DNA of 64,000 bases from Roseibacillus sp. (GCA_965242925.1 CBDEUM010000014.1:32001-96000), one strand, 5' to 3'; positions 33,913 through 43,717 are shown, numbered from the stretch's first letter. Notes: generated from the sequence alone by a model not told the origin. Translations and numbers: made by a program.

Positions 33913-36231
33913 GAATCTTGGGGACGGGCCCTACGGTCAAAGGAGATATTCACAATCACCTATTCCCCCACGACATTCAAGCCTTCAGGCGGCCTAAGGC
34001 TCCGGGGTTACCGTGGGCGTAAACCAGTCAGGGTGAATGAATTCCACAATTTCCACCTGATTTGAACGCGCCCCTTCGGGGCCCTTTCGGACCCGGATCG
34101 TGACCCGGCCCACGGTGGGCATAAATACACGACCGGAAAAGTGACTCATTATTCTCTTGTTGCCCTCGCTGCTGCGCCGGGCAAAAGCCCATACGAATTC
34201 CCCCGGATCACTGTGATGAAGGGTATAACTCTGGAATTCTTCTTCCGGGAAACTGGGAGTGTAGAAATTCGAAGGCTTGACGATGCCGCGCATCAACTTC
34301 GACTCCTCGCCCGTCAGTCGATCTGTTTCGCCGGGGAGGATCTCGCTGTAGCCCTCGCTGGCCTCCCAGTCATACTTGAAGGAGTCGTCCTCCTTGGTGA
34401 AGTAGGCCACCGCCTGGAGGTGATTCGGCCCCAATCCCACCACGATGAGATACGCATACTTCCCGGACGAGGCGGCGCGAAGTTCACGCTTGGTGATCGG
34501 GTAATGGCGAGCGGGAACCGCCTTACGTTCCAACCATGCCAATCGCCGTAGCCGGGACTCTTCGCCCCCACGAATAAACTTGGCCAATTCCGGACCCTCT
34601 GCGGAATTCACCTTCTCCAGCAAATCCGCGATCTTGGGCAGGATCTCATCGCCTCTGGCAACGAATTCCGCGATTGGATCGTCGCTCACATCCTCGTTCA
34701 TCGTCAGCCGATCCGGTTCCTCCAGCGAGGTCGGATTGACTGGAATATCGAAACTACGACTCAGGAACACCCCGAGGACAACAATGCATAACGCTCCGGC
34801 CAGCACCCACCACAAGGACACCACCTGGCGTCCCATCCAGTCAGCCTCCTGTTTCGCCTCTCCTCTGTGGTGCCGTTGTCGACCTGATTTGGAAATGCTC
34901 CGCTTGCGACGCCATGCCAACTTCTTGTACCCGTCGTCGGAAACAATCTTGTCAGGAGGCTGCTGAGAGTCTGTTTTCCCCTCGGTCTTTACCTCGCCAA
35001 CCGTCATCGCCTCAGAGGGCACTGGTTCGAGGATTGCGGGGCGGCGGCGTGTGGTCGCATTCCGCTGAACCACCGCTCCCTTGGCAGTGGCGGTCATCTG
35101 TTCGGCGATGCGGGGTGTGATGGATAACGACTTACCCAATTCATACCCGCACTCTCCGCAAGTCCGCTCAGCATCAAGTTCCGCCGAGACCAGGGCACCA
35201 CAGGATGGGCAGTGATAAACTTCCTGTGAGGGTTCAGGCATGAATCTTGGGGATGGTCCCTACGGAAAAAGGAGATCCTCACAATCACCTATTCCCCCAC
35301 GACATTCAAGCCTTCAGGCGGCCTAGGGCTCTGGGGTTGCCGTGGGCGTAAACCAGTCACCGTGAACGAATTCCACAATTTCCACCTGATTTGAACGCGC
35401 CCCTTCGGGGCCCTTTCTGACCCGGATCGCGACCCGGCCTGCGGTGCCCGGAAATGTGCCGCCGGAAAAGTGACTCACTATTCCCTTGTTGCCCTCGCTG
35501 CTACGCCGGGCAAAAGCCCATATGAATTCCCCCGGATCACTGTGATGAAGGGTAAAACCTTGGAATTCTTCCTCCGGGAAACTGGGAGTGTAGAAATTCG
35601 AGGGCAGGATTATGCAACGCATCAACTTCGACTCCTCGCCCGTAAGTTGATCTGTTTCCCCGGGGAGGATCTCGCTGTAGCCCTCGCTGGCCTCCCAGTC
35701 ATACTTGAAGGAGTCGCCCTCCTTGATGAAGTAGGCCACCGCCTCCAGCCAATCCAGATTCTGTCCCACCATGATGAGATACGCATGCTTCTCGGCCGAG
35801 GCTGCGTGAAGTTGACGCTTGGTGATCGGGAAATGACGAGTGGGGACCGCCTTACGTTCCAACCATGCCAGTCGCCGTAGCCAGGACTCTTCGCCCCCAC
35901 GAATGAACTTGGTCAACTCCGGACCCTCTGCGGAATTCACCTTCTCCAGCAGATCCGCGATCTCGGGCAGGATCTCATCGGCTCTGGCAACGAATTCCGC
36001 AATTGGAACGTCGCTCATATCCTCATTCATCGTCAGCCGATCCGGTTTCTCCAGCGAGGTCGGATTGACTGGAATATCGAAACTACGACTCAGGAACACC
36101 CCGAGGATAACAATGCATAACAGCCCGGCCAGTACCCACCACAGGGACATCACATGACTTCCCATCCAGTCAGCCTCCTGTTTCGCCTCTCCTCTGTAGT
36201 AGCGTTGCCGACCTGAGTCGGGAATGCGCCT
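33571..36231. repeat. Tandem duplication, two ~1.33-kb units (33571-34902; 34903-36231)
   Basis: Starts 33912/35241 and stops 33994/35323 are each 1329 bp apart, and the intergenic spacers are near-identical. Confidence 0.92.
33994..35241 (-). CDS. Chimeric Zn-ribbon single-TM protein (array paralogue B)
   Basis: N-terminus matches paralogue C; TM and C-terminus match paralogue A. Confidence 0.8.
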   Translation of the reverse strand: MPEPSQEVYHCPSCGALVSAELDAERTCGECGYELGKSLSITPRIAEQMTATAKGAVVQRNATTRRRPAILEPVPSEAMTVGEVKTEGKTDSQQPPDKIVSDDGYKKLAWRRKRSISKSGRQRHHRGEAKQEADWMGRQVVSLWWVLAGALCIVVLGVFLSRSFDIPVNPTSLEEPDRLTMNEDVSDDPIAEFVARGDEILPKIADLLEKVNSAEGPELAKFIRGGEESRLRRLAWLERKAVPARHYPITKRELRAASSGKYAYLIVVGLGPNHLQAVAYFTKEDDSFKYDWEASEGYSEILPGETDRLTGEESKLMRGIVKPSNFYTPSFPEEEFQSYTLHHSDPGEFVWAFARRSSEGNKRIMSHFSGRVFMPTVGRVTIRVRKGPEGARSNQVEIVEFIHPDWFTPTVTPEP

Positions 36232-36678
36232 CTGAGCAATCACTGGTCGCGACGAACCCGTCAGATCGTCCGGCGCAGGCCCCCCCGTAGGGGTGCTCCT
36301 CTCCAGATCATCCTGCCCTCCCAGCACACGGGGCTCCGGTTTAAGCTCGGCAGGCACGATCAGGGACGAACTGCTCCCAGCCCGCCCCGAAGCTCCCCGT
36401 TTTGCTCCGGGAAGACCCAGATCCTCAAGCTCTCCGTCAAAAAGCTCCTTCTCACTCAGCGGATCGTCATCGGAAGGAAGATTGCCCTCCCGGGACGATT
36501 TCTTATCCCGGAGACGACGGGCGGCATCCCACAGCGGCACATTGCGCTGCAGCTTGCCCGAAGGCTCATCTGGCTGGAGAGGAATCGACTTGCTAGGCCC
36601 GGAATCTTCCGGTGGGTCAGTTGATGGTGGGAGCCGAGCCACGAGCTCGCAGGCTAACGCCCTCCTTAATATCAGCAA
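35323..36678 (-). CDS. Hypothetical single-TM protein (array paralogue A)
   Basis: Disordered N-terminus, TM helix, YDWEASEGYSE motif. Start uncertain. Confidence 0.72.
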   Translation of the reverse strand: MLILRRALACELVARLPPSTDPPEDSGPSKSIPLQPDEPSGKLQRNVPLWDAARRLRDKKSSREGNLPSDDDPLSEKELFDGELEDLGLPGAKRGASGRAGSSSSLIVPAELKPEPRVLGGQDDLERSTPTGGPAPDDLTGSSRPVIAQRRIPDSGRQRYYRGEAKQEADWMGSHVMSLWWVLAGLLCIVILGVFLSRSFDIPVNPTSLEKPDRLTMNEDMSDVPIAEFVARADEILPEIADLLEKVNSAEGPELTKFIRGGEESWLRRLAWLERKAVPTRHFPITKRQLHAASAEKHAYLIMVGQNLDWLEAVAYFIKEGDSFKYDWEASEGYSEILPGETDQLTGEESKLMRCIILPSNFYTPSFPEEEFQGFTLHHSDPGEFIWAFARRSSEGNKGIVSHFSGGTFPGTAGRVAIRVRKGPEGARSNQVEIVEFVHGDWFTPTATPEP

Positions 36679-36799
36679 CTTAAATCTGGGCCTCCTCTCC
36701 GCTCAGACTATCCCTCCGGGACCACCTTTCCCATATGGATAGCCAGCCGAACCGTGGCCGCTGGAGCAAGAAACCCTCCCCTTGCAACGGAACCCGGCG

Positions 36800-38779
36800 T
36801 CAGTCCAGGAGTGCCCTCATGTTGCCGAAGAAATCATCCACATCATCATCGTCGGCGAGCGCATTCATCTCTTCCACGTAATCGCGCTCCACGATCCACT
36901 CCTCTCCCAGTTCCTCCAGGAAGGAGCTTGGATCGCATCGCACCAGTTCGCCATACTTCCTGCGCAGAGCACAATAACTCAGGAAGAGCTGCTGCTGCGC
37001 CCTTGTAATCCCCACGTACAACAAGCGACGCTCCTCATCCCTCGTTCCCTCCTCCATACTTCGCCAATGCGGCAGCACCCCCTCCTCCAGTCCCACCAGG
37101 AACACCACCGGAAACTCCAGTCCCTTCGAAGCATGCAGGGTGATCAGGGTAACCCCCGATTTCTGCTCGAGTTCCTCTTCCGGCTCCGCGTCGAGGGCAG
37201 CCTCGTCGAGAAATTCCTGCAGGCTCCTGCCCCTTTTCATGGCGTCCGTCAGGGCCACCCCCACCTCGCCCACCGCCTCCCGACGCTGCTCACGTTCTTC
37301 CTCAGTCCGGCAGGAACGCATGAGCCATGAGAGGTAGTCGACCTCCTGGAGCAGTTCGTGCAGAGCTTCCCCCACCCGATCCCCAGCGCTCCTGAACCGC
37401 GCGGAGAATCCCTCGATCAACTCCACGAAGGACCGTACCGCTCCTGCCCCCCTGGCGGATAGCTGCCCGGTGAAGGACTCGTCCTTCATCGCTGCCCAGC
37501 TCTGCACTCCCTGTTCGCGACAGTGCTCCAGCAGCAGCATCGCGGTGTTGGTTCCGATCCCCCGAGGCGGCGTGTTCAGGATCCGCAGGAGAGCCACATC
37601 CGCCCGCTGATTGGCGAGCACCTGCAGATAGGCAAGCACATCACGCACTTCCCGCCGGTCGAAGAAACTCTGCGCACCAACCAGACGGTAGGGGATCTCT
37701 TCCTGTCGGAAAACCTGCTCCACCTTCCGGATGTGGGTATTGGTACGGAAGAGGACCGCGAAGTCCTCCCAGCGCCCGTTCTTCCCGGCCAGGGCACGCC
37801 GGATCTCCCGGGCCACCCAGAAAGCCTCCTCCTCGTCACCCGGGAGAGTCATGAGCGCCACCTTCTCCCCACCCCTGATGGTGGCCCGCAGGATCTTCTC
37901 GTGCCGGGAGGGACTATTCAGAATCAACTCATTGGCAACGCTCAGGATGGCCTCCGTACTCCGGTAGTTGTTCTCAAGCCGCACAATCTTCGGGTCCGGG
38001 AAAAAGTGTCCGAACTGCAGGATGTTACTCACCTGCGCCCCCCGCCAGCCATAGATACTCTGGTCGTCGTCACCCACCACGCACAAGTTGTGGGGCGGCC
38101 CGACGAGCTGCATGAGAAGGTCCATCTGCAATCCGTTGGTATCCTGAAACTCATCCACAGTCACGTAGCGGTAGCGCTCCCGCCAGTAGTCACGCGCCTC
38201 CTTGAACTCGCGCAACGCCTGCTCCGCCAGGACGAGCAGGTCATCGAAATCGAGCGCATTGCGCGCACGTAACTCGCGCTGGTAACTCATCGCCACCGTG
38301 CGGATGAGGTCGTCGGGAATCTCCCCCACCGACATCCCCGCATTCTTCTGCCGGGACACCGCCGAGGCCACATCCCAGGCCTGGATCTTCTGTTTCGCCC
38401 CTCCGTGCCGGACGATGAGCTGTTTGAGCAGGCCATCCCGGTCACTCCCGGCCGCGATGCTGAAATTGGTATTGTAGCCCAACAATCCGGCATGCACCCG
38501 CAGAATGCGCACGCAGAGGGAATGAAAGGTAGACACCGTCATCTCCTCCGCCGCTTCGCGGCGCACCATTCCACCCACCCGCTCCCGCATCTCGCAGGCC
38601 GCCTTGTTGGTGAAGGTCACCGCCAGGATGTTGCGGGGCTCCACCCCCTTCTCCAGCAGGTTGGCAATCCGGTAGATCACCGTGCGGGTCTTTCCCGTCC
38701 CCGCCCCGGCCAGGATAAGGAGCGGCCCTTCGGTAGTCTGCACCGCCTCGGCCTGAGCCTCGTTCAACCCCGCCATCAT
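36800..38779 (-). CDS. UvrD/Rep/PcrA-family SF1A DNA helicase
   Basis: AGAGTGKT, VDEFQDTN, VGDDDQSIY, HASKGLEF and EERRLLYVGITRA motifs. Confidence 0.95.
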   Translation of the reverse strand: MMAGLNEAQAEAVQTTEGPLLILAGAGTGKTRTVIYRIANLLEKGVEPRNILAVTFTNKAACEMRERVGGMVRREAAEEMTVSTFHSLCVRILRVHAGLLGYNTNFSIAAGSDRDGLLKQLIVRHGGAKQKIQAWDVASAVSRQKNAGMSVGEIPDDLIRTVAMSYQRELRARNALDFDDLLVLAEQALREFKEARDYWRERYRYVTVDEFQDTNGLQMDLLMQLVGPPHNLCVVGDDDQSIYGWRGAQVSNILQFGHFFPDPKIVRLENNYRSTEAILSVANELILNSPSRHEKILRATIRGGEKVALMTLPGDEEEAFWVAREIRRALAGKNGRWEDFAVLFRTNTHIRKVEQVFRQEEIPYRLVGAQSFFDRREVRDVLAYLQVLANQRADVALLRILNTPPRGIGTNTAMLLLEHCREQGVQSWAAMKDESFTGQLSARGAGAVRSFVELIEGFSARFRSAGDRVGEALHELLQEVDYLSWLMRSCRTEEEREQRREAVGEVGVALTDAMKRGRSLQEFLDEAALDAEPEEELEQKSGVTLITLHASKGLEFPVVFLVGLEEGVLPHWRSMEEGTRDEERRLLYVGITRAQQQLFLSYCALRRKYGELVRCDPSSFLEELGEEWIVERDYVEEMNALADDDDVDDFFGNMRALLD

Positions 38780-38876
38780 CGCTCCCTTAACCTTAACCGT
38801 TGGCTGCCCATCTTGGTCCTGAAAGGAAGCTAGACCTCCGACACAGCGGGGAAAGTGGAATATGCCGGGAGAGCGA

Positions 38877-38912
38877 GAATTCTCTCCTTCCCGGGAATTC
38901 TCTCCTTCCCGG
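38877..38912. repeat. 18-bp tandem repeat x2 (GAATTCTCTCCTTCCCGG)
   Basis: Two exact copies plus a partial third in the divergent intergenic region. Confidence 0.85.
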
Positions 38913-39013
38913 GCCTTCCCGGGGAAGCTCACTCTCCAGCTTCCCTCCCTTGCACTCCCCGGAGAAGGGCCTTAGAATACTCCGCGGATAGATAAACCAC
39001 TATCCAAATCACC

Positions 39014-39736
39014 ATGTTTGAGAGTTATCAGAATCCTTACGTCGTGGCGGCCGCGCCCGAGGACGTCCGTGCCACCTTCATCCGCCGAACCTACGGACAC
39101 CTCGCCGCCGCTATCGGAGCCTTCATCCTGATCGAATTCGCGCTCTTCCAGATCCCGGGGATCGAGAACAAGGTCATGGAAGCGCTGGCCCGCAGCCCAT
39201 ACAGCTGGCTCATCGTCCTCGGCGGCTTCATGGTGGTCTCCTGGTTGGCCAACAAGTGGGCCCTCACCTCGGCCAGCAAGGGAATGCAGTATGCGGGACT
39301 CGGCCTCTACGTGGTCGCCCAAGCCGTGATCTTTCTTCCTCTTCTGCTCATTGCTGCCAGCCCCCGGTTCCTCGGTGCCCCCGAAATCATTGGACAGGCC
39401 GCCATCATCACCGGGACGATGTTTGCCGGACTGACTCTCATCGCCTTCACCACCAAAAAGGACTTCTCCTTCCTCGGAGGCATTCTCAAGGTCGGTTTCC
39501 TGGTGGCCCTCGGCATCATCGTGGCCTCCATTTTCCTGGGCTTCAACCTCGGCCTCCTCTTCTCGGGTGCCATGGTCCTCCTCGCCTCCATCTCAATCCT
39601 CTACAGCACCAGCAATATCATCCACCACTACGGGACGGAGCAATACGTGGCGGCCGCCCTCGGCCTTTTTGCCAGCGTGGCCCTGCTCTTCTGGTATGTC
39701 CTGCGCATCCTCATGATCCTCCGGTCCGGCGACTAG
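39014..39736 (+). CDS. Bax inhibitor-1/YccA family membrane protein
   Basis: FIRRTYGHL, KKDFSFLG and YVAAALGLF motifs; about 7 TM helices. Confidence 0.9.
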   Translation: MFESYQNPYVVAAAPEDVRATFIRRTYGHLAAAIGAFILIEFALFQIPGIENKVMEALARSPYSWLIVLGGFMVVSWLANKWALTSASKGMQYAGLGLYVVAQAVIFLPLLLIAASPRFLGAPEIIGQAAIITGTMFAGLTLIAFTTKKDFSFLGGILKVGFLVALGIIVASIFLGFNLGLLFSGAMVLLASISILYSTSNIIHHYGTEQYVAAALGLFASVALLFWYVLRILMILRSGD

Positions 39737-39768
39737 ATCCTTCCCTTCCCGGACAACTCAGCTCCAAG

Positions 39769-39796
39769 CGCCGGCGGGTTCCCCTGCCGGCGTTTT
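39769..39796 (+). terminator. Intrinsic terminator between convergent genes
   Basis: CGCCGGCGGG-TTCC-CCTGCCGGCG-TTTT. Confidence 0.7.
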
Positions 39797-39836
39797 ACGT
39801 TGCCCGGCGGCCTCCCCCGCGGGACACCTCCCGGCC

Positions 39837-40211
39837 CTACGAAGACGCTTCCCGCGCCCGGCGTGCGGCCTTGAAGGAGCGAATCGCCATCACGGTGAAG
39901 AAGAGGCAGATCGCGGTCATGAGGGCAATCAGCACTGGCCCCGGGCCACTGAGCTCTCCCTTGATTGCGGTCGGTATCAACCGGCCAAGCCCGGCCAGGG
40001 CCCCCAGGGCGGAGAAGAGCACCGCGATGTGCATCCCAGCCATGTTGTTCTTCAGGGCTACCAGGCCTCCGAGCAGCATGGGAGCGCCTACAAAGGCAGG
40101 AATGAGGGCCGTAATCGACTGTTTGCTGGCCCCGATGGCCTCCCATCCAAAATAGCCCACCGCCCCCACAATGATGAGGGCTGCCGAACACAAGAAGCAG
40201 CGATTTCGCAT
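39837..40211 (-). CDS. Small 4-TM hypothetical membrane protein
   Basis: SITALIPAFVG, MHIAV and SFKAARRAR; hydrophobic profile. Confidence 0.75.
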   Translation of the reverse strand: MRNRCFLCSAALIIVGAVGYFGWEAIGASKQSITALIPAFVGAPMLLGGLVALKNNMAGMHIAVLFSALGALAGLGRLIPTAIKGELSGPGPVLIALMTAICLFFTVMAIRSFKAARRAREASS

Positions 40212-40253
40212 GGAGGCATCCTACCCTGCAAAAGATCAGGGTCAAGCGCGCCC

Positions 40254-40303
40254 TCGCGACCTGGGCCCTTTCGCGACCTGGGCCCTTTCGCGACCTGGGC
40301 CCT
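40254..40303. repeat. 17-bp tandem repeat x3 (TCGCGACCTGGGCCCTT)
   Basis: Three head-to-tail copies abutting the apbE stop codon; the last copy is 16 bp. Confidence 0.9.
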
Positions 40304-41241
40304 CAGGCCGGAGCCCGGTGAATAGCCAATTCCACGTCCTCCCACTTTGCAATGAGCTCCCGGGCATCCTCATCGCTCACTACCGCACAGGCGGTGGAGA
40401 GGGCATCGGCGAGCCAGGCCTCCCCGGCCGTCACCGCCACCACCCGGCGATCCTCCGCGCAGGATCCGCTTCTCGGGTCAATGAGATGGTTCTTCCCGGC
40501 TCCCGTGCCGAAGTACAATCCGGATCCTGAGGACACGGCCAGGGCACGATTCCGCAGCGACACTTCCTCACCCGCCAGTCCACGCAGTCCGACTACCCAG
40601 TCCTTGCCGGAAGGTTGCCCCCCCAGGGCACGAAATTCGCCGAGGTTGACCAGGCAATGCCGGGCCCCCGCCTCGCGCAGGACTTCACAGACCCGGTCCG
40701 TGATCCAGCCCTGGGCGATGCCATTGAAGGTCATCGCCATCCCACTCTGCTCAAATCTCACTTCCTCCTCCGAACAGCGGACCCGCCGGTAATCAACCCG
40801 GACCAACTGGCGGGCCTGCTCGGCGGGGTCGATCCCGCCCGTGCTCTCCACCGCCTCCCGCAACCACTTCCAGTAGGGTTGCACGGTGGGATCAAAGGCG
40901 CCCCCTGAGCGTTCCGCTACCTCCAGCGACTTCCCCACCAGGTCCACCAGCTCGGCGGGCGGATTCGTCAGCCGTCCGTCACGGTTGAGCCGGCACAGGG
41001 ACGAGTCCGGGAGATAGAGTGAAAACAGAGCCTCCAACCGCTGCATCTCCGTCACACAGTCGGCGATCAACTCCTCCGCCTCCTCCACGGGCAGGTCGTG
41101 GACAGCGAGGTCCACATCGGCATTGAAGAGGACTCCCCGCCACCGCGTTTCCTGGAAATTCCGCCGTGCCCGGCAACCATTCCCCATCAGGGAAGCCGCA
41201 GTGGCCCCGGCCAGGATTGAAAGGGAACGACGGCGATTCAT
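40303..41241 (-). CDS. apbE: FAD:protein FMN transferase
   Basis: Tat-like RRR signal ending in Cys; GAFDPTV, NGIAQG, HLIDPRSG and ADALSTA motifs. Confidence 0.9.
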   Translation of the reverse strand: MNRRRSLSILAGATAASLMGNGCRARRNFQETRWRGVLFNADVDLAVHDLPVEEAEELIADCVTEMQRLEALFSLYLPDSSLCRLNRDGRLTNPPAELVDLVGKSLEVAERSGGAFDPTVQPYWKWLREAVESTGGIDPAEQARQLVRVDYRRVRCSEEEVRFEQSGMAMTFNGIAQGWITDRVCEVLREAGARHCLVNLGEFRALGGQPSGKDWVVGLRGLAGEEVSLRNRALAVSSGSGLYFGTGAGKNHLIDPRSGSCAEDRRVVAVTAGEAWLADALSTACAVVSDEDARELIAKWEDVELAIHRAPA

Positions 41242-42002
41242 TTCGTTTTCTGTGAGTTTCGTCTGAAGAGGAGGCGAATGCCCAGCAATGTGAGGACGAT
41301 CACCGCAAACCCGGTCAGATCAACGAGGAAGCGTCCAACCTTTCCCAGGAGGCTTCCACTATGCAGGTCCGTGATCACCCGCGACCAGGTGAAATCGGCA
41401 TTCTCCACGAGAGTCTCCTGCAGGGAGGCCTTCTCCTCCAGCCCGGCCCGCGGCGCATTCCATGCCACCACACTCTCCGCGGGGGCGGTCTCAAAATCGA
41501 GGAACTCCTCGCCCAGGAGGTGGTGGCCGGCAGCGGTCTCCAGGTGCACCCGGTGGGACTCATCAAGACCAATCTTTTCGATAGGGACGGCGGGAAGAGA
41601 CTCCTCGCCCAGCCTGTCCAGATACTCTCCCTGCGCATCGTAGACGAACAGCTCCCCGGTAGTGGCAATCACCAGTTCGCCCGGCCGGGCCACGGCCCCG
41701 ACCAGGGTGCCACTCTCCTCCAGGATCCTGTCGTCCACGAAAAGCATCCCGCCCCAACCGGCTACCATGAAGCGTCCGGCGGAGGTCGTTACCGGATCGA
41801 CATCAGGAATCTGGTCATACAGCCTCAGGAGCGAGGCCGACTTCACCATCTTCTGGTCGAGACCAAGGGTATCCTGGTGCTGCAGGAGCAGGCCGGACAC
41901 CATGAGCCAGAGCAGAGGCAGCGCGAAAACAGCGCCTATCGAGCGATGCCATCGACGTAGTCCCCTCTTCGGACGCTTTTTCCTGGGCCGCTCCTCGCTC
42001 AT
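41238..42002 (-). CDS. PepSY-associated TM helix protein
   Basis: RRWHRSIG, SGLLLQH and DLHSG motifs. Confidence 0.82.
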   Translation of the reverse strand: MSEERPRKKRPKRGLRRWHRSIGAVFALPLLWLMVSGLLLQHQDTLGLDQKMVKSASLLRLYDQIPDVDPVTTSAGRFMVAGWGGMLFVDDRILEESGTLVGAVARPGELVIATTGELFVYDAQGEYLDRLGEESLPAVPIEKIGLDESHRVHLETAAGHHLLGEEFLDFETAPAESVVAWNAPRAGLEEKASLQETLVENADFTWSRVITDLHSGSLLGKVGRFLVDLTGFAVIVLTLLGIRLLFRRNSQKTK

Positions 42003-42008
42003 CGCAAA

Positions 42009-42524
42009 TCACCTGGGTCGAACCTGGTCCAAGTAGAGGGCCACCCTCCCCATTTCGGTCAAGGCCCTGGTCGACAACGTCGCTCCTGCAATGTTGTTGA
42101 TACGGCTACTGAGTTTTCCGTTCGAACCAAGGGTTCCTCCCTTGAACTGGTTGGTAAAGGAGGTCCGCCTGACTTCAGCCCCGATCGTCTCCCGGTAGAT
42201 CAATAGCCTCACCTGCTCGATCTTTCCTCCACTCACCACGTATCCCGTGGTGATCGGCTGGGTCTTCCCGACCTTCTCCAGAATGATTACCATGCGCCTG
42301 CCGGACATCCAGTAACGGACCTTGGAGGGCCGGTACTCATGGCCCAGCAGACGCTTGATACGGCTCTGGTCGACCGCCGTGAGGGTGAGCATCCTGGTGG
42401 GCGGAATCTGTCCCCCACAAGCCGACCGGATGAATTCGGAGGGCTTCTGGTACACCGTAGTCGCCGCCATCCCGGAAAGGGAGGCGGCGACCAGGGTTAT
42501 GAGTGTTAAAACGCGTAGCAACAC
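42009..42524 (-). CDS. FMN-binding (flavinylated) protein
   Basis: GKTQPIT, YRETIGAEV..F..QF and NIAGATLS motifs. Confidence 0.85.
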   Translation of the reverse strand: MLLRVLTLITLVAASLSGMAATTVYQKPSEFIRSACGGQIPPTRMLTLTAVDQSRIKRLLGHEYRPSKVRYWMSGRRMVIILEKVGKTQPITTGYVVSGGKIEQVRLLIYRETIGAEVRRTSFTNQFKGGTLGSNGKLSSRINNIAGATLSTRALTEMGRVALYLDQVRPR

Positions 42525-42538
42525 GCTGTGCTCAACAA

Positions 42539-43621
42539 TTAAAAGCTGTAACCCATTCCGAGGTTGAAGGAATCATTTCCGTCCTCGTCAGTGTAGTCGC
42601 CCTTGAAGACGACATGATCGACAGGCCAGTAATTGACCCCCACCGAAACCGAATCGATCTCACCACCACCAGTGTCCCATTCATGATAGCGCGCAAAGAC
42701 CCCCATCTTGCCGTTGCCGATATCGAAGCCGTAGGAAGGCTCGATGTAGTATCCCCATTGCTCATCCTTGCCGGCTGCTGCTGCGGCGGCGCCATCAATA
42801 TCCCAGCTTGCAACCAGCCCGCGCAGGCGGAAAGCGCCCATCTGGACATCAGCCGTCGCACCAAGGAGCAGGGCCGAGGCATCGGCTCCCCCACCCTGCG
42901 AAATATCAGACTGATAGTTGGCGAAGGCGGAGACATTAACCCCGGAGAGGCCACTGTAGGTGACGCGGGCCGTAGCGGCGGCGTCTTCGGCCACTGCCTT
43001 GGCAACCTTCTGACGTCCGCCGCGGATGCTGAAGGCATCCGTCTTCAGTCCGGAGTGCACTGCAAGATCCCACGAGAGACCGCCCTCGGTGCTTTTGGAC
43101 AGGGCCAGACCGGCCTCCCACCAGGTTGACGGAATAATATTCTTCTCAACCGGATTGCGCTCAACCCCGTAGAAGGTATCCGGCTCGTGTCTCTCATTGA
43201 GGGTCCCCACGGGAACCAGGAAGAGACCGGCCTTCAGGTGCATCCCGCCATCGAAGGCCATGTCGATGTAGGCCTGCTCCAGCTCCACCTCCCCGGGCTT
43301 GCCGTCTCCCGAAAGAGAGTGCTCCAGCTCCAATTCCGAGTTGAGGGTGATGCGGTCGTTGAAACGATGGTTGACGAAAAGTACCCAGCGGTGGAAGTCG
43401 ATCGCGTTGTCCTTGTCGCTATTCAGGTTGAGGTGCAACTCGCCGTAGCCCCCCAAAGTGGTACGCTCAAACCAGTTGTTACCACCATAGTTGGTGCTGC
43501 CATTGTTATAGGCTTCGTCAATGGCCTCTTCCCCTTTCGCTGTCACTTGTGCGAAAGCTGCCAGGATTCCAAGGCCAAGGATAAGAGGCCTAGAGGCCCG
43601 CCGGATCTTAGTAGTTCTCAT
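42539..43621 (-). CDS. Outer-membrane porin (OprO/P-like)
   Basis: GGYGELH, DFHRWVL, ELELEH, EQAY and NERHEP motifs; C-terminal Phe. Confidence 0.82.
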   Translation of the reverse strand: MRTTKIRRASRPLILGLGILAAFAQVTAKGEEAIDEAYNNGSTNYGGNNWFERTTLGGYGELHLNLNSDKDNAIDFHRWVLFVNHRFNDRITLNSELELEHSLSGDGKPGEVELEQAYIDMAFDGGMHLKAGLFLVPVGTLNERHEPDTFYGVERNPVEKNIIPSTWWEAGLALSKSTEGGLSWDLAVHSGLKTDAFSIRGGRQKVAKAVAEDAAATARVTYSGLSGVNVSAFANYQSDISQGGGADASALLLGATADVQMGAFRLRGLVASWDIDGAAAAAAGKDEQWGYYIEPSYGFDIGNGKMGVFARYHEWDTGGGEIDSVSVGVNYWPVDHVVFKGDYTDEDGNDSFNLGMGYSF

Positions 43622-43692
43622 TTTCAGTTTGTCGGATTGGTTACCCGCAAAGAGCGGTGCCAGTTGAGGCTCTCTCAAAAGCCTGGAAAGTT

Positions 43693-43717
43693 ATTAATGA
43701 GAATGAGTCTCATCAGC
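43693..43717. promoter_or_regulatory. Fur-box-like operator
   Basis: 7-1-7 near-palindrome TGAGAAT-G-AGTCTCA (43698-43712); two overlapping 13/19 matches to GATAATGATAATCATTATC. Confidence 0.65.

Noticed and set aside
36800..38779. Helicase as part of an anti-phage defence system
   Set aside because: Ordinary UvrD/Rep motifs, with no nuclease or ATPase partner adjacent.
40254..40303. Short repeats as a CRISPR array
   Set aside because: Head-to-tail 17-mers with no spacers and no cas genes.
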